This document shows positions 1-9,310 of a stretch of 57,689 bases of DNA, piece after piece. This stretch comes from Bacillota bacterium (lineage in GTDB: Bacteria > Bacillota > Clostridia > Saccharofermentanales > Fastidiosipilaceae): contig JASGUW010000091.1 of assembly GCA_030055235.1 (NCBI GenBank), positions 1-57,689 on the forward strand, written 5' to 3'. The stretch's first letter is position 1; every line of letters begins with the position of its first letter. Under the pieces are notes generated by a model. It was not told the DNA's origin. It saw only the letters and a list, made by a program, of their open reading frames with translations, and ran no database searches. A program made the translations under genes and the position numbers.

Positions 1-180
1 GCACTCACTAAAAGGTGGAACGTTGCCCAAACATGTCCGATTTGACTGCTGAGAAGATATCTCTTGCATCAAACATGCATTTACTCATCCTTGTTGCCAT
101 ATTGTCATAATCCTCGCCGGCGCCGTGTTATGGTAGCAACATGGTCAGCGGGAATAGAGGGAATTTAGTAAAATGTCGAA

Positions 181-1557
181 ATGAGCAGTTTCAGCCCGTC
201 CCCACCGCAGCGCTCCGTCGCCCTTATAAGCCTCGGCTGCGCCAAGAACCTCGTCGATTCCGAGTGCATGCTCGGTATTCTGGACCAGGCCAGCTACCGC
301 CTGGTCAGCCGGCCGCAGGAAGCCGACATCATCATCGTCAACACCTGCGCCTTTATTGAGGCGGCGAAGACAGAGGCCATCGAGCATATTCTGGAGATGG
401 CCGAGTGGAAGAAAAAGGGCCGCCTGAGCTGTCTGGTGGTGGCCGGCTGCCTGGCCCAGCGCTACGCGACTGAGATCGCCAGCGAACTGCCTGAAGTCGA
501 CATCATTCTGGGGACAACTGCCATCAGTCGTATTGTCCGGCAGATTGAGCACCATTATGAGCGCCAGGCAGGGGAGGAGGGCCCCGTCATTGACGCCGCC
601 TACAGACCTGCGGGTGTGCTGGAGCACCTGGATGGCCCGCGCCTTCTCTCCACCGGTGTCAGCGCCTACCTCAAAATTGCCGAAGGCTGCTCAAATCACT
701 GTACTTTCTGCGCCATCCCGGCTATCCGCGGCCCCTACCGTTCGCGCACCATGGACAGTGTTCTCAGAGAGGCGGAAGAGCTGTGTGCCGGCGATGTCGG
801 CGAACTCACCCTGGTCGCCCAGGACACGACCCGCTACGGTCTGGACACAGAGGGCAAAGCTCTGCTGCCGCAGCTGCTTGCGGAACTCGAGCGGAACTTT
901 GACTTTATCTGGATCCGCTTTCTCTATGCCTACCCCGAAGGGGTCACGGATGAGCTGCTGCAGGTACTGGCGAACTCCCGCAGGATTGTCCCCTATCTGG
1001 ACCTGCCGATCCAGCACGCCTCCGATTCCCTGCTGCGGCGAATGGGCAGACGGCTGACGACGTCGGAGCTCAGGGCGCTCTTCGCAAAAATCCGCAACCA
1101 GCTGCCTGAAGCCATCCTGCGCACGACCGTCCTGCTTGGTTTCCCCGGTGAAGAGGAGGAAGATGTCCTGAAGCTGCTTGACTTCATCCGGGAGGTGGAA
1201 TTTGACCATCTGGGCGCCTTTGTTTACAGTCCGGAGGAGGGGACGGCCGCCTGCCGTCTGCCGGGACAGCTGCCACAGGAGCTGGCCGCCGAACGCGCCG
1301 CCCGGGTCATGGAGTGCCAGCAGCAAATCAGCCTTAAGAGGAGGCGAAGCACGATCGGCGACCGTGAACTCGTCCTGATTGAGGGCTCGACGGAGGACGG
1401 CCTCTTCTACTGCGGCCGCAGCCGCCGGGAAGCCCCGGAAAGCGATGGTTTTATCGCCGTCGCGAGTGAAGTGGAACTGGAGATCGGCTCCTTCTGCCAC
1501 CCGGTCCGCATCGTTGACGCATCCGCCTATGAACGAACAGGAGTCTTCGCCCCATGA
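181..1557 (+). CDS. rimO: ribosomal protein S12 methylthiotransferase RimO (radical-SAM MTTase)
   Basis: 458-aa ORF with the N-terminal MTTase motif ISLGCAKNLVDSE, the radical-SAM cluster motif CSNHCTFC and a TRAM-like C-terminus. Its stop overlaps the pgsA start (ATGA, 1554-1557). Confidence 0.85.
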   Translation: MSSFSPSPPQRSVALISLGCAKNLVDSECMLGILDQASYRLVSRPQEADIIIVNTCAFIEAAKTEAIEHILEMAEWKKKGRLSCLVVAGCLAQRYATEIASELPEVDIILGTTAISRIVRQIEHHYERQAGEEGPVIDAAYRPAGVLEHLDGPRLLSTGVSAYLKIAEGCSNHCTFCAIPAIRGPYRSRTMDSVLREAEELCAGDVGELTLVAQDTTRYGLDTEGKALLPQLLAELERNFDFIWIRFLYAYPEGVTDELLQVLANSRRIVPYLDLPIQHASDSLLRRMGRRLTTSELRALFAKIRNQLPEAILRTTVLLGFPGEEEEDVLKLLDFIREVEFDHLGAFVYSPEEGTAACRLPGQLPQELAAERAARVMECQQQISLKRRRSTIGDRELVLIEGSTEDGLFYCGRSRREAPESDGFIAVASEVELEIGSFCHPVRIVDASAYERTGVFAP

Positions 1558-2174
1558 ATCTGCCGAATCGACTCACCCTGCTGCGCATCCTGATCCTGCT
1601 GCCGATCCTGCTCTTCCTGCTGCCGCTGCCGGGCAGCCAATTTGCCGGCTGGAATGCCTTTGTCATGGGGCCGGGGCCGCTCGTCGCCCTCTTGCTTTTT
1701 GCCCTGGCTTCTCTGACCGACTGGCTTGACGGCCACATCGCCCGCTCACGCGGCCAGATCACCAAGCTGGGGGCTTTCCTCGACCCCATCGCGGACAAGA
1801 TGCTGGTCCTGGCCGTCTTCATCGCCCTGGTCGAGCGCGGCCGCATCCCCAGCCTGGTCCCGATCATCGTCCTGCTGCGGGAGTTTGCCATCTCCGGCAT
1901 CCGCATGCTGGCCGCCGAGCGCGGCATCGTCATCGCTGCCGGCTGGCTGGGGAAGGTCAAGACGGTGACGCAACTGATCGCCCTCCACCTGATCCTGCTC
2001 GAGTGCGGGCTGCGGGGGCTTGTCGGTAGCACGGATGGGAGCTTCGCAAGCATCATCACAATCCTGACCTGGCTCGGCAACCTGGCTCTGGTCGTCTCTA
2101 TTGTCATGACCATCTGGTCGGGACTTGACTATTTCAACAAAAACCGCGATGTGCTGAGTGACACGGGCGCCTGA
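1554..2174 (+). CDS. pgsA: CDP-diacylglycerol--glycerol-3-phosphate 3-phosphatidyltransferase
   Basis: 206-aa multi-TM ORF with the CDP-alcohol phosphatidyltransferase motif DWLDGHIAR...[10 protein letters not shown]. Translationally coupled to rimO. Confidence 0.9.
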   Translation: MNLPNRLTLLRILILLPILLFLLPLPGSQFAGWNAFVMGPGPLVALLLFALASLTDWLDGHIARSRGQITKLGAFLDPIADKMLVLAVFIALVERGRIPSLVPIIVLLREFAISGIRMLAAERGIVIAAGWLGKVKTVTQLIALHLILLECGLRGLVGSTDGSFASIITILTWLGNLALVVSIVMTIWSGLDYFNKNRDVLSDTGA

Positions 2175-2322
2175 GCTTGACAAGATCCATATCAATCCGT
2201 TACAAGAGAAGGCGTCTTTGAGGTCGGATGCCCCGATTGCGGCAGATCCTGCCACCGATTCGAAGCAGCAGACACCCCGGGCCGGGCAGTCCGGAGGCAG
2301 ATTCCAGGAGGTACTACCATTT

Positions 2323-2562
2323 ATGAAAGACGAACAGATTTTTGAGAAGATTTGTGACATCCTCGTCGAACAGCTCGGTGTAGAGGCGGATGAGATCAGC
2401 ATGGATTCCGATTTCACCGATGAGCTCAATGCCGATTCGCTCGACATCGTCGAACTTATTATGGCCATGGAGCAGGAGTTCGGCATTTCGATTCCCGATG
2501 AGGAAGCCGAGCGCATCCGCACCGTCGGAGATGCCGTTGATTTCGTCAAAAACAACAGCTGA
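2323..2562 (+). CDS. acpP: acyl carrier protein
   Basis: The C-terminal 79 aa of the 134-aa ORF are a typical ACP ([10 protein letters not shown]...[19 protein letters not shown], with the DSLD phosphopantetheine Ser). ATG 2323 is preceded by AGGAGG at 2306-2311, and the upstream part of the ORF is not ACP-like. Confidence 0.92.
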   Translation: MKDEQIFEKICDILVEQLGVEADEISMDSDFTDELNADSLDIVELIMAMEQEFGISIPDEEAERIRTVGDAVDFVKNNS

Positions 2563-2593
2563 TCGGTACCAGGACCCGCTCCCGGGAAGCAGA

Positions 2594-2619
2594 GGACCAC
2601 GGCAACGTGGTCCTTTCTT
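2594..2619 (+). terminator. intrinsic terminator / attenuator after acpP
   Basis: Stem GGACCACG, loop GCAA, stem CGTGGTCC, followed by TTTCTT. It lies between acpP and rnc. Confidence 0.6.
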
Positions 2620-2643
2620 AGCCGACGGTCGGGAGGAAGCTCT

Positions 2644-3381
2644 GTGAGCCGGCCCGGGCAGCAGCGCGGCAGCCGCAGAGCGCTGCGACTGGCGCAGCTG
2701 GAGGCTGGGCTCTCCTATCAGTTTCGTTCGCGCGCGCTGCTGGATACCGCTTTGACCCATCGTTCCTGGGTCTTTGAGCAGGCCGAGCGGGGAACGGACA
2801 ACCAGCGTCTGGAATTTCTGGGAGATGCTGTGCTTGGGCTGGCCGCCGCCAACGCCCTTTATGAATTTGAGCCGCCGCTGCCGGAGGGACGCCTTTCGCA
2901 GCTGCGTGCCGCCGTCGTCTGCGAAGCGACTCTGGTCCAGCTCGCCGAAACGCTCAGCCTGGGGGCTCTGCTGCGCCTGGGCCACGGTGAGGAGCGCACG
3001 GGCGGGCGCCAGAAGGCTTCGAACCTGGCCGACGCCGTCGAAGCCCTGCTCGGGGCCATCGCCCGCGACAGTGACGTGCAGACGGCGGTCGGGATCGCCA
3101 GAAGACTGCTCGAGCCGGCCATCACGGCGGCTGTGGGCGGGCAGCTGGTCTATGACTATAAAAGCCGCCTGCTCGAATGGCGGCAGGCCGACCCCACGCG
3201 CGCCCCTTTGACGTTCGACCTTATTTCTGAGACAGGTCCGGCGCATAAGCCCAGCTTTACGGTCGCCATTCACCAGAACGGCCAGGAAATGGCCCGTGGC
3301 GAGGGGACGACGATCAGGCAGGCCCAGCAGGTCGCCGCTTCGCGGATGCTGGCCGAGCTCGGCCTAGGCGATCCCCTGTGA
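2644..3381 (+). CDS. rnc: ribonuclease III
   Basis: RNase III signature RLEFLGDAVLG and a C-terminal dsRNA-binding region (PSFTVAI...G.G.T...AQQ.AA). GTG start 6 nt after GGAGGA. Confidence 0.92.
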   Translation: MSRPGQQRGSRRALRLAQLEAGLSYQFRSRALLDTALTHRSWVFEQAERGTDNQRLEFLGDAVLGLAAANALYEFEPPLPEGRLSQLRAAVVCEATLVQLAETLSLGALLRLGHGEERTGGRQKASNLADAVEALLGAIARDSDVQTAVGIARRLLEPAITAAVGGQLVYDYKSRLLEWRQADPTRAPLTFDLISETGPAHKPSFTVAIHQNGQEMARGEGTTIRQAQQVAASRMLAELGLGDPL

Positions 3382-3403
3382 GAGCCGGACGGAAAGAGAG
3401 CCC

Positions 3404-6400
3404 GTGAGACTCATATCACTGACCCTGCATGGCTTCAAGTCCTTCCCGGAGCGTACGGAAATCCGCTTTAACCGCGGCCTGACGGCAATTGTCGGTCCCA
3501 ATGGTTCCGGCAAGTCCAATATCGCCGACGCCATCCGCTGGGTGCTCGGCGAACAGTCCGTCCGGCAGCTGCGCGGCAGCCGCATGGAGGATGTCATCTT
3601 TTCCGGCACGGTCTCCCGGCGCGCCATGGGCTTCGCGGAGGTTGTCCTGGTACTGGACAACAGTGACGGCGAGCTGCCGCTCGATTATGCCGAGGTTGAG
3701 GTCAGCCGCCGCCTCTACCGTTCCGGAGACAGCGAGTACCGCATCAATCGCCGCAGCTGTCGGCTGCGGGACATCAACTCCCTCTTCATGGACACGGGAC
3801 TGGGTCGCGACTCCTATTCCATCATCGGCCAGGGCCGCGTCGATGAGATCCTTTCAGCCCGTTCGGATGACCGCCGCCGCGTCTTTGAGGAGGCGGCCGG
3901 CATTCAGAAGTACCGTCAGCGCCGTCTGGATTCCGAGCGCCGCCTGGAACTCACCGGCGCCAATCTGGCCCGGGTCAGTGACATCATGCTCGAACTGGAG
4001 CGGCAGCTGGGGCCGCTTGCCGAACAGGCGGCCGTCGCCGAGCGCTACCTGGGCCTGCGCGAGCGCCTGCGTGCCGACGATGTCGCCCTGATCCTGCTGC
4101 AGCTGGAAGACCAGGACAGGGAACGCGCCTCTCTGGACTTCAGTCTGGAAAGTTTCGCCGCCGATACTGAGAACCTGGAAGCTGAGCGTGAAGCTCTGGA
4201 ACGGGTTCGCCTGGAGCGCCTGAAACTGGGCAGTGAACTTGGCGAGCGCCGCCAGGAGGTCGAGGGGGTCCTTGGCAGTGCCCGTGATCAGGAGCGTGAG
4301 CTTGACCGCCTGCTGACAACACTGGCGGAGCGTCAGCTGCAGCTGGGGCAGCGGCGCGAAGACCGCCTGGCCGGTGAGGCGGATCTGGACAGGCGCCGCT
4401 CGGCCCTGGAGGCGGGTGTGAAAGAGGCCGAGGCTGCGCTGCTTCTGGAACAGGAGGCTGCGGCTGCCGCGGCTGCTGCGGTGGAGGCCGGGCGCGGGCA
4501 GCTGGCCGCGGCCACTGAACAGGTTGATGCAGCAGGCAAAGCTCTGGCCACAGCCCGCAGTGAGGAGCGTCATCTCCGAGAGGCCATCGATAAGGAGCTT
4601 GAGCGTCTGGTGCGTCGTGAAGGCGAAGCCCGCGTCATGGACCGCCAGCGCGCCCTTCTCGAGGCACGGCGGGAGGCGCTGGCCGAGCGCGTTACGCCGG
4701 CAGAAGCGGAGGCGCTGGAGGCCGCGGCCAGGCTCGACGAGTGTCGGGCGGCGGCGGCCGGGGCCAGAGCGGCGGAGACGGAGGCTGCGGCGGCGGTCGA
4801 AAAGCGGCTGGCCCGGCATCAGGAACTTCTCTCTCTGCTGGAGGGACAGGAGCGCCAGACCGCCCAGAACGCCTATCAGCTGGACACGCTGCGGGAACTG
4901 GAGCGCAGCCTGACGGGCTACGCCGTGCCGGTCCGCCGCCTGCTGCAGCATGCCAAGCAGGCGGGCCTGCCAAGGAGCGCGGTGCTCGGTACCCTGGCCG
5001 AACTGATCGATGTCAGCCGTGACTATGAGACGGCGATCGAGACCGCCCTGGGTGCTGCCGCCCAGTACATCGTCGTCGACCGTCAGGAAACGGCCGCCCG
5101 CCTGATCGACTGGCTGAAGCGCGAACAGGCCGGCAGGGCGACTTTCCTGCCTCTGGATTCAATGACGCCGCGCAGCATTGAGGCCTATGAGGAGCGCATT
5201 CTGGAAGAACACCGCCCGTTTGGCTATCTGGGTCTGGCGAGTGATCTGATCTCCTATCCCGAGAAAATCAGCGACATCATCTCCAACCAGCTGGGGCGCA
5301 TCGCGGTGGTCACCGACAACGAGGCCGGCATCCGCCTCTCCAGGGCACTGCGGCAGAGACTGCGCATCGTCACCCTGGACGGCGACATCTTCCACCCGGG
5401 CGGCTCCATGTCCGGTGGCTCCCGCCAGCAGACGGGGGCCAGGAGCGGCCTGGTTGGTCGGCGGCGGGCGATCCGCGACGCCGAGCGCGAACTGGCGGCC
5501 GCTCACCGTGAACTGGAGAAGCTGCGTGAGGACGCCGGTGCCGCGGCCGGCGAACTGGCCGCCGCCGAGCGTGAACTCGAGGCCTGCCGCGGGCGCCGCG
5601 AAGAACTGGCCACCGAGCTGGTCCGCCACGAAGCCCGGCGCGATGAACTTGAGCGGCGCGGTCAGGCACTGGCGGCAGAGATGGCGGAGATTGCCGCGGC
5701 TCTGGAGACGAACGCCGCCGACAGCAGCCGTGCCGAGCATGAAGCCAGCGGGGCGGCCGAGCGGCAGGCCGAACTGCGCCGGGCTCTGGCCGAGGCTGAG
5801 GAGCTCATTGCGGTTGCCGAGGCGCACGAGGACGAGCTCATCGTTGCCCGCAGCCACATCCGCGAAAGTCTGGCCGAACGTGACCTGGCCGCCCTGGCCG
5901 CCCGCAATCGTGAGGCGGAGGCCAGAAGTTCTGTTGAGCGCGCCCGCCGTGCCCGCCGTGAGCTTGAGCAGCAGATCGAAGCCGCCCGCCGCGACGCCCA
6001 GGATGAGGAGGAGCGCCTGGCCGCTCTGGAAGCGGAACGCAGTGCAGCTGCCGCCCGCCGTGAAGAGAGTCAGGCCCGGATCCAGGTGCTCGAAGCGGAG
6101 CTGCAGGAAGTCGGCCGGCTGCTGGAAGAGAACCGCATCGCCGAGGCCGACTACCACCGTGAACGCAGCCGCCTGGCCGAGCGACAGGCAGATCTGGCGC
6201 GGCAGACGGAGCGGCTCACGGCGCGTCGTGAGCGGCTGGCCGAACAGCGCGACGATGCGCTGAACCGTCTCTGGACCGACTGGGATTTGACGCGGGACCT
6301 GGCCGCCCCCTACCGCCGCGACGACCTGGACCGTGAGGCCGCCACCCGCCGTGTCCGCGATATCCGCACGGAACTGCGCGATATCGGGCCGGTCAACCTG

Positions 6401-6994
6401 GCGGCTCTTGAGAGCCACGCCAACATGAAAAAACGCTATGAATTCCTGAGTCAGGAGAAGAGCGACATAGAGGCGGCGACCGAGCAGCTACAGACCGTCA
6501 TTCGGGAACTGACAGAGGCGATGCGCCGTCAGTTTGAGGAACGGCTGGCCATCATCCGTCAGAATTTCCGGGAGACCTTCCGCCAGCTCTTTGGCGGGGG
6601 AGAGGCCGACATTCGCCTGGAGGAGGGCGGCGACAGCCTGGAGGCGGCGATCGAAATCCAGGTCTCACCGCCCGGGAAGCGCCTCCAGAACATGCTCCTG
6701 CTCTCCGGAGGTGAGCGCAGTCTTTCGGCCATCGCGCTGCTCTTCGCAATACAAAAACTGCGTAAGGCGCCGTTCTGCGTCCTGGATGAGATCGAGGCGG
6801 CTCTGGATGAATCGAATGTCCAGCGTTTTAACCGCTATATCCGTGAATATACCGACCAAACCCAGTATATTCTGGTTACCCACCGCCGCGGCACCATGGA
6901 GGCAGCCGATACCATTTACGGCATTACAATGCAGGAGCGCGGTGTGTCGCGCATTCTGTCGATGTCGCTGGGAGATGAGGAGGATCCGGCATGA
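3404..6994 (+). CDS. smc: chromosome segregation protein SMC
   Basis: 1196 aa with Walker A GPNGSGKSN, very long Ala/Glu/Arg-rich coiled coils, a central hinge, the signature LSGGERS and Walker B CVLDEIEAALD. Confidence 0.95.
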   Translation: MRLISLTLHGFKSFPERTEIRFNRGLTAIVGPNGSGKSNIADAIRWVLGEQSVRQLRGSRMEDVIFSGTVSRRAMGFAEVVLVLDNSDGELPLDYAEVEVSRRLYRSGDSEYRINRRSCRLRDINSLFMDTGLGRDSYSIIGQGRVDEILSARSDDRRRVFEEAAGIQKYRQRRLDSERRLELTGANLARVSDIMLELERQLGPLAEQAAVAERYLGLRERLRADDVALILLQLEDQDRERASLDFSLESFAADTENLEAEREALERVRLERLKLGSELGERRQEVEGVLGSARDQERELDRLLTTLAERQLQLGQRREDRLAGEADLDRRRSALEAGVKEAEAALLLEQEAAAAAAAAVEAGRGQLAAATEQVDAAGKALATARSEERHLREAIDKELERLVRREGEARVMDRQRALLEARREALAERVTPAEAEALEAAARLDECRAAAAGARAAETEAAAAVEKRLARHQELLSLLEGQERQTAQNAYQLDTLRELERSLTGYAVPVRRLLQHAKQAGLPRSAVLGTLAELIDVSRDYETAIETALGAAAQYIVVDRQETAARLIDWLKREQAGRATFLPLDSMTPRSIEAYEERILEEHRPFGYLGLASDLISYPEKISDIISNQLGRIAVVTDNEAGIRLSRALRQRLRIVTLDGDIFHPGGSMSGGSRQQTGARSGLVGRRRAIRDAERELAAAHRELEKLREDAGAAAGELAAAERELEACRGRREELATELVRHEARRDELERRGQALAAEMAEIAAALETNAADSSRAEHEASGAAERQAELRRALAEAEELIAVAEAHEDELIVARSHIRESLAERDLAALAARNREAEARSSVERARRARRELEQQIEAARRDAQDEEERLAALEAERSAAAARREESQARIQVLEAELQEVGRLLEENRIAEADYHRERSRLAERQADLARQTERLTARRERLAEQRDDALNRLWTDWDLTRDLAAPYRRDDLDREAATRRVRDIRTELRDIGPVNLAALESHANMKKRYEFLSQEKSDIEAATEQLQTVIRELTEAMRRQFEERLAIIRQNFRETFRQLFGGGEADIRLEEGGDSLEAAIEIQVSPPGKRLQNMLLLSGGERSLSAIALLFAIQKLRKAPFCVLDEIEAALDESNVQRFNRYIREYTDQTQYILVTHRRGTMEAADTIYGITMQERGVSRILSMSLGDEEDPA

Positions 6995-7917
6995 GTCTAT
7001 TGAATCGCTTTCGTCAGGGACTGGAGAAAACCCGCAATTTTATTGCCGACGGCATCCGTCAGCTCCAGGTGGCGTTCGGGCGCTATGACGAGGAAATGCT
7101 CGATGAGCTGGAGATGCTGCTGGTGCAGGCCGATCTGGGCGTGCCGGCCGCTACGCAGGTGATGGACCGGGTACGCGCGGCGATCCGCAGCGAGCGCAAT
7201 GACCGCGAGGATTTCGTCCATGAGCGTCTGGCCGCGGCCATCCAGGAGATTCTGGGGCCGAAGCGGGAGCTGCGGCTCGTCCCGGGCCGTCTCAACATCC
7301 TGCTGCTGGTGGGCGTCAACGGCTCCGGCAAGACGACGACCGCTGGGAAACTGGCGCTGCGCTACGGCAGGGAGGGGAAGCGGGTGCTGCTGGCTGCCGC
7401 CGACACCTTCCGGGCCGCTGCGATTGAGCAGCTCGAGGTCTGGTCCCAGCGCTCCGGCGCCCCCATGATCCGTCACGCCACCGGCGCCGACCCTGCCGCT
7501 GTCGTCTTCGACGCTCTGTCGGCGGCGCGTGCCCGTGGCACGGACGTCCTCATCGTCGATACGGCCGGCCGCCTGCAGACGAAGCAGAACCTGATGGCCG
7601 AGCTGTCGAAGATCCGCCGCATCATCGGGCGGGAGGCGCCCGACGCCATCTGCCAAACCCTGCTGACGCTCGACGCCACGACGGGGCAGAACGCGCTGTC
7701 GCAGGCACGCCTGTTCAGCGAGGCCGCCGAGGTCAACGGCCTGATCCTGACCAAGCTGGACGGCAACGCGAAGGGCGGCATCGCTGTCGCTGTTGCCTGG
7801 GCGCTGCCCGGGATCCCGCTGCTGCTCGCCGGCCTGGGTGAGGGCGCCGAGGACCTGATGGACTTCGACCCGGAGGCCTTCGCGCGCTCACTGCTCCCGG
7901 AACCCAAGAAGTCGTAG
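6991..7917 (+). CDS. ftsY: signal recognition particle receptor FtsY
   Basis: SRP-GTPase NG domain with GVNGSGKTTT, DTAGR and TKLD motifs. ATGA overlap with the smc stop. Confidence 0.93.
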   Translation: MSLLNRFRQGLEKTRNFIADGIRQLQVAFGRYDEEMLDELEMLLVQADLGVPAATQVMDRVRAAIRSERNDREDFVHERLAAAIQEILGPKRELRLVPGRLNILLLVGVNGSGKTTTAGKLALRYGREGKRVLLAAADTFRAAAIEQLEVWSQRSGAPMIRHATGADPAAVVFDALSAARARGTDVLIVDTAGRLQTKQNLMAELSKIRRIIGREAPDAICQTLLTLDATTGQNALSQARLFSEAAEVNGLILTKLDGNAKGGIAVAVAWALPGIPLLLAGLGEGAEDLMDFDPEAFARSLLPEPKKS

Positions 7918-7920
7918 CAG

Positions 7921-8090
7921 GAGATAGACGGGGGGAGATGGCCGGCGGTAGATGGCTGGGGGTAGGTTGGCTGGGGATCAGTTGGCAGCCTGGGGTAGCT
8001 TGGCCGGGGATCGGATAGGTAGCCGGGGGTAGATAGTCCGGGGATAGATGGCTGGCGGTAGATAGCCCGGGGGCAGGTAGTCCGGGGTAG
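7921..8090 (+). repeat. G-run minisatellite, about 12 degenerate 14-15-nt units (TAGATNGYCNGGGG)
   Basis: Read directly from the sequence. Units each end in GGGG(G) and start straight after the ftsY stop codon. TAG occurs in most units and the period is not a multiple of 3. Confidence 0.8.
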
Positions 8091-8111
8091 CTTTGATAAG
8101 AAGACGACTCA

Positions 8112-8147
8112 CCAGCTTCGGCGGGATTGCTGCCGGAGCTGGTTTTT
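8112..8147 (+). terminator. intrinsic terminator downstream of ftsY
   Basis: Stem CCAGCTTCGGC, loop GGGATTGCT, stem GCCGGAGCTGG (11 bp with one G-T pair), followed by TTTTT. Confidence 0.75.
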
Positions 8148-8250
8148 GATTGAAGAAAGAGTTGGAGAGTGTTTTCCGGGCAGAAGACAATTCCAAGGGA
8201 GATCAAAAATATGTAGTGTACGGGAAAAGAAGGACACAAGTTCTATATCT

Positions 8251-8380
8251 GTCCACTCTCTTGCTTCGTGCTGGTGGTGCAGCACCGCCGCTTTCTCTTT
8301 TTTTTATTTGTTGATCGCGAAGCGGCGGCAAACGAATTGATAGGAAGCGATCCGACGGTGCGGGCGACAAATGCTGCAGT
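8251..8380 (+). repeat. dispersed repeat 'module X', copy 1
   Basis: Shares GTCCAC...GCAGCACCGCCGCTTTCTCTTTTT...GAAGCGGCGGCAAACGAAT..AGGAAGC...GGGCGACAAATGCTG with 8651-8775 and, in reverse complement, with 47985-48108. Confidence 0.8.
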
Positions 8381-8416
8381 GCCCGTGAACGGGGCGGAGG
8401 GAAAGCTTAGCTAAGG

Positions 8417-8660
8417 GTGGATAAAAATCACGGTATTGCCCCCGGGATCGGGCAATATCGAAGTTTTTGGCCAGAGGGTGGACAAAAATCACGGTATTGC
8501 CCCCGGAATCGGGCAATATCAAAGTTTTTGGCCAGAGGGTGGACAAAAATCACGGTATTGCCCCCGGAATCGGGCAATATCGAAGTTTTTGACCAGGAAG
8601 TGGACAAAAATCGCGGTATTGCCCCGCGATCCGGGCAATATCGAAAAAATGTCCACTCCT
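8417..8660 (+). repeat. tandem array, 4 x 61 bp, each unit a hairpin plus T-run
   Basis: GTGGA unit starts at 8417, 8478, 8539 and 8600. Each unit has the hairpin ATTGCCC-N8-GGGCAAT followed by ATCGAAGTTTTT. Units are near-identical, so there are no unique spacers. Confidence 0.9.
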
Positions 8661-8775
8661 GCTCATTCCAGCTGACGGCGCAGCACCGCCGCTTTCTCTT
8701 TTTCTTTCATGTTGATCGTGAAGCGGCGGCAAACGAATTGAAAGGAAGCAGTCATACGGGCGACAAATGCTGTGG
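8651..8775 (+). repeat. dispersed repeat 'module X', copy 2
   Basis: See copy 1. Contains a GC-rich palindrome-like segment around GCAGCACCGCC followed by a T-rich tract. Confidence 0.8.
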
Positions 8776-9002
8776 TATTCCAAATTGGGACAGGAAATGG
8801 ATGAGTACCCTCGACTTGTCAAACAATTCGTCTGTGCCTGTAGAGCAGGGCAGCGGATTCAAAATAACGAGTGTGGTGAAATATCAGTGAACTGTGTACA
8901 AAAGTGCGGTAAGCAAACCAAAGATGTGTGTGGAGTCGAGATCTATTATTTAGACACGAGTCAAGTCGTTGACTGTTTTTGCTAGCCCTTACTCGCCCAG
9001 AG

Positions 9003-9310
9003 CTGACACAACTCCAAAACTTGGCAAATCTGTCCTCGTTTTTGACAAAAAATCGAGTTGTGTCAGAAAAAAGTGACACAACTCCAAAAGTTGGCAAATC
9101 CGTCCTCGGTTTTGACAAAAAGTCGAGTTGTGTCAGGAAAAGCTGAAACAACTCCAAAAGTTGGAAAATCTGTCTTCGAATTTGTCAAAAAATCGAGTTG
9201 TGTCAGGAAAAACTGACACAACTCGAAAAGTTGGCAAATCTGTCCTCGGTTTTGACAAAAAATCGAGTTGTGTCAGCGAAAACTGACACAACTCCAAAAC
9301 TTGCCCATTG
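9003..9310 (-). repeat. tandem array, about 4.4 x 70 bp, terminator-like hairpins on the minus strand
   Basis: CTGACACAACTC unit starts at 9003, 9073, 9143, 9213 and 9283. On the minus strand each unit reads GAGTTGTGTCAG-loop-CTGACACAACTC then GATTTTTTGTC. The inter-hairpin segments are also conserved, so this is not CRISPR-like. Confidence 0.9.

Noticed and set aside
2158-2322. N-terminal extensions of annotated genes were considered. These are acpP from 2158, mutL from 17061, miaA from 18938, hfq-like from 19917, the cohesin protein from 21659, YibE/F from 32375, the XRE gene from 37146, the membrane protein from 37727, livM from 43238, the PHP gene from 50357 and the cysteine desulfurase from 56564.
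   Set aside because: In each case an internal start with a Shine-Dalgarno sequence and/or translational coupling gives a product matching the family's normal N-terminus. The extensions overlap upstream genes or lack family similarity.
7733-8239. A Pro-rich 168-aa minus-strand ORF lies over the G-run minisatellite.
   Set aside because: It overlaps the 3' end of ftsY in antisense. The underlying period of 14-15 nt is not a multiple of 3, so the apparent YLPPG-like repeats are an artefact of C-rich antisense sequence.
8417-8890. ORFs crossing the repeat regions were considered as genes. These are 8417-8890 (+), 8550-8822 (-), 8767-8985 (+), 47568-47876 (-), 47873-48283 (-) and 47895-48731 (+).
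   Set aside because: Their reading frames run through tandem DNA repeats. The two inverted copies differ by indels and mostly non-synonymous changes and do not preserve any frame. No RBS or known domain is present.
8417-9310. The tandem arrays of 61-bp and 70-bp units were considered as CRISPR arrays.
   Set aside because: The segments between the palindromic parts are as conserved as the palindromes themselves, so there are no unique spacers. There is no leader/repeat/spacer periodicity and no cas genes in the window. The same reasoning applies to 47550-47775 and 57531-57689.
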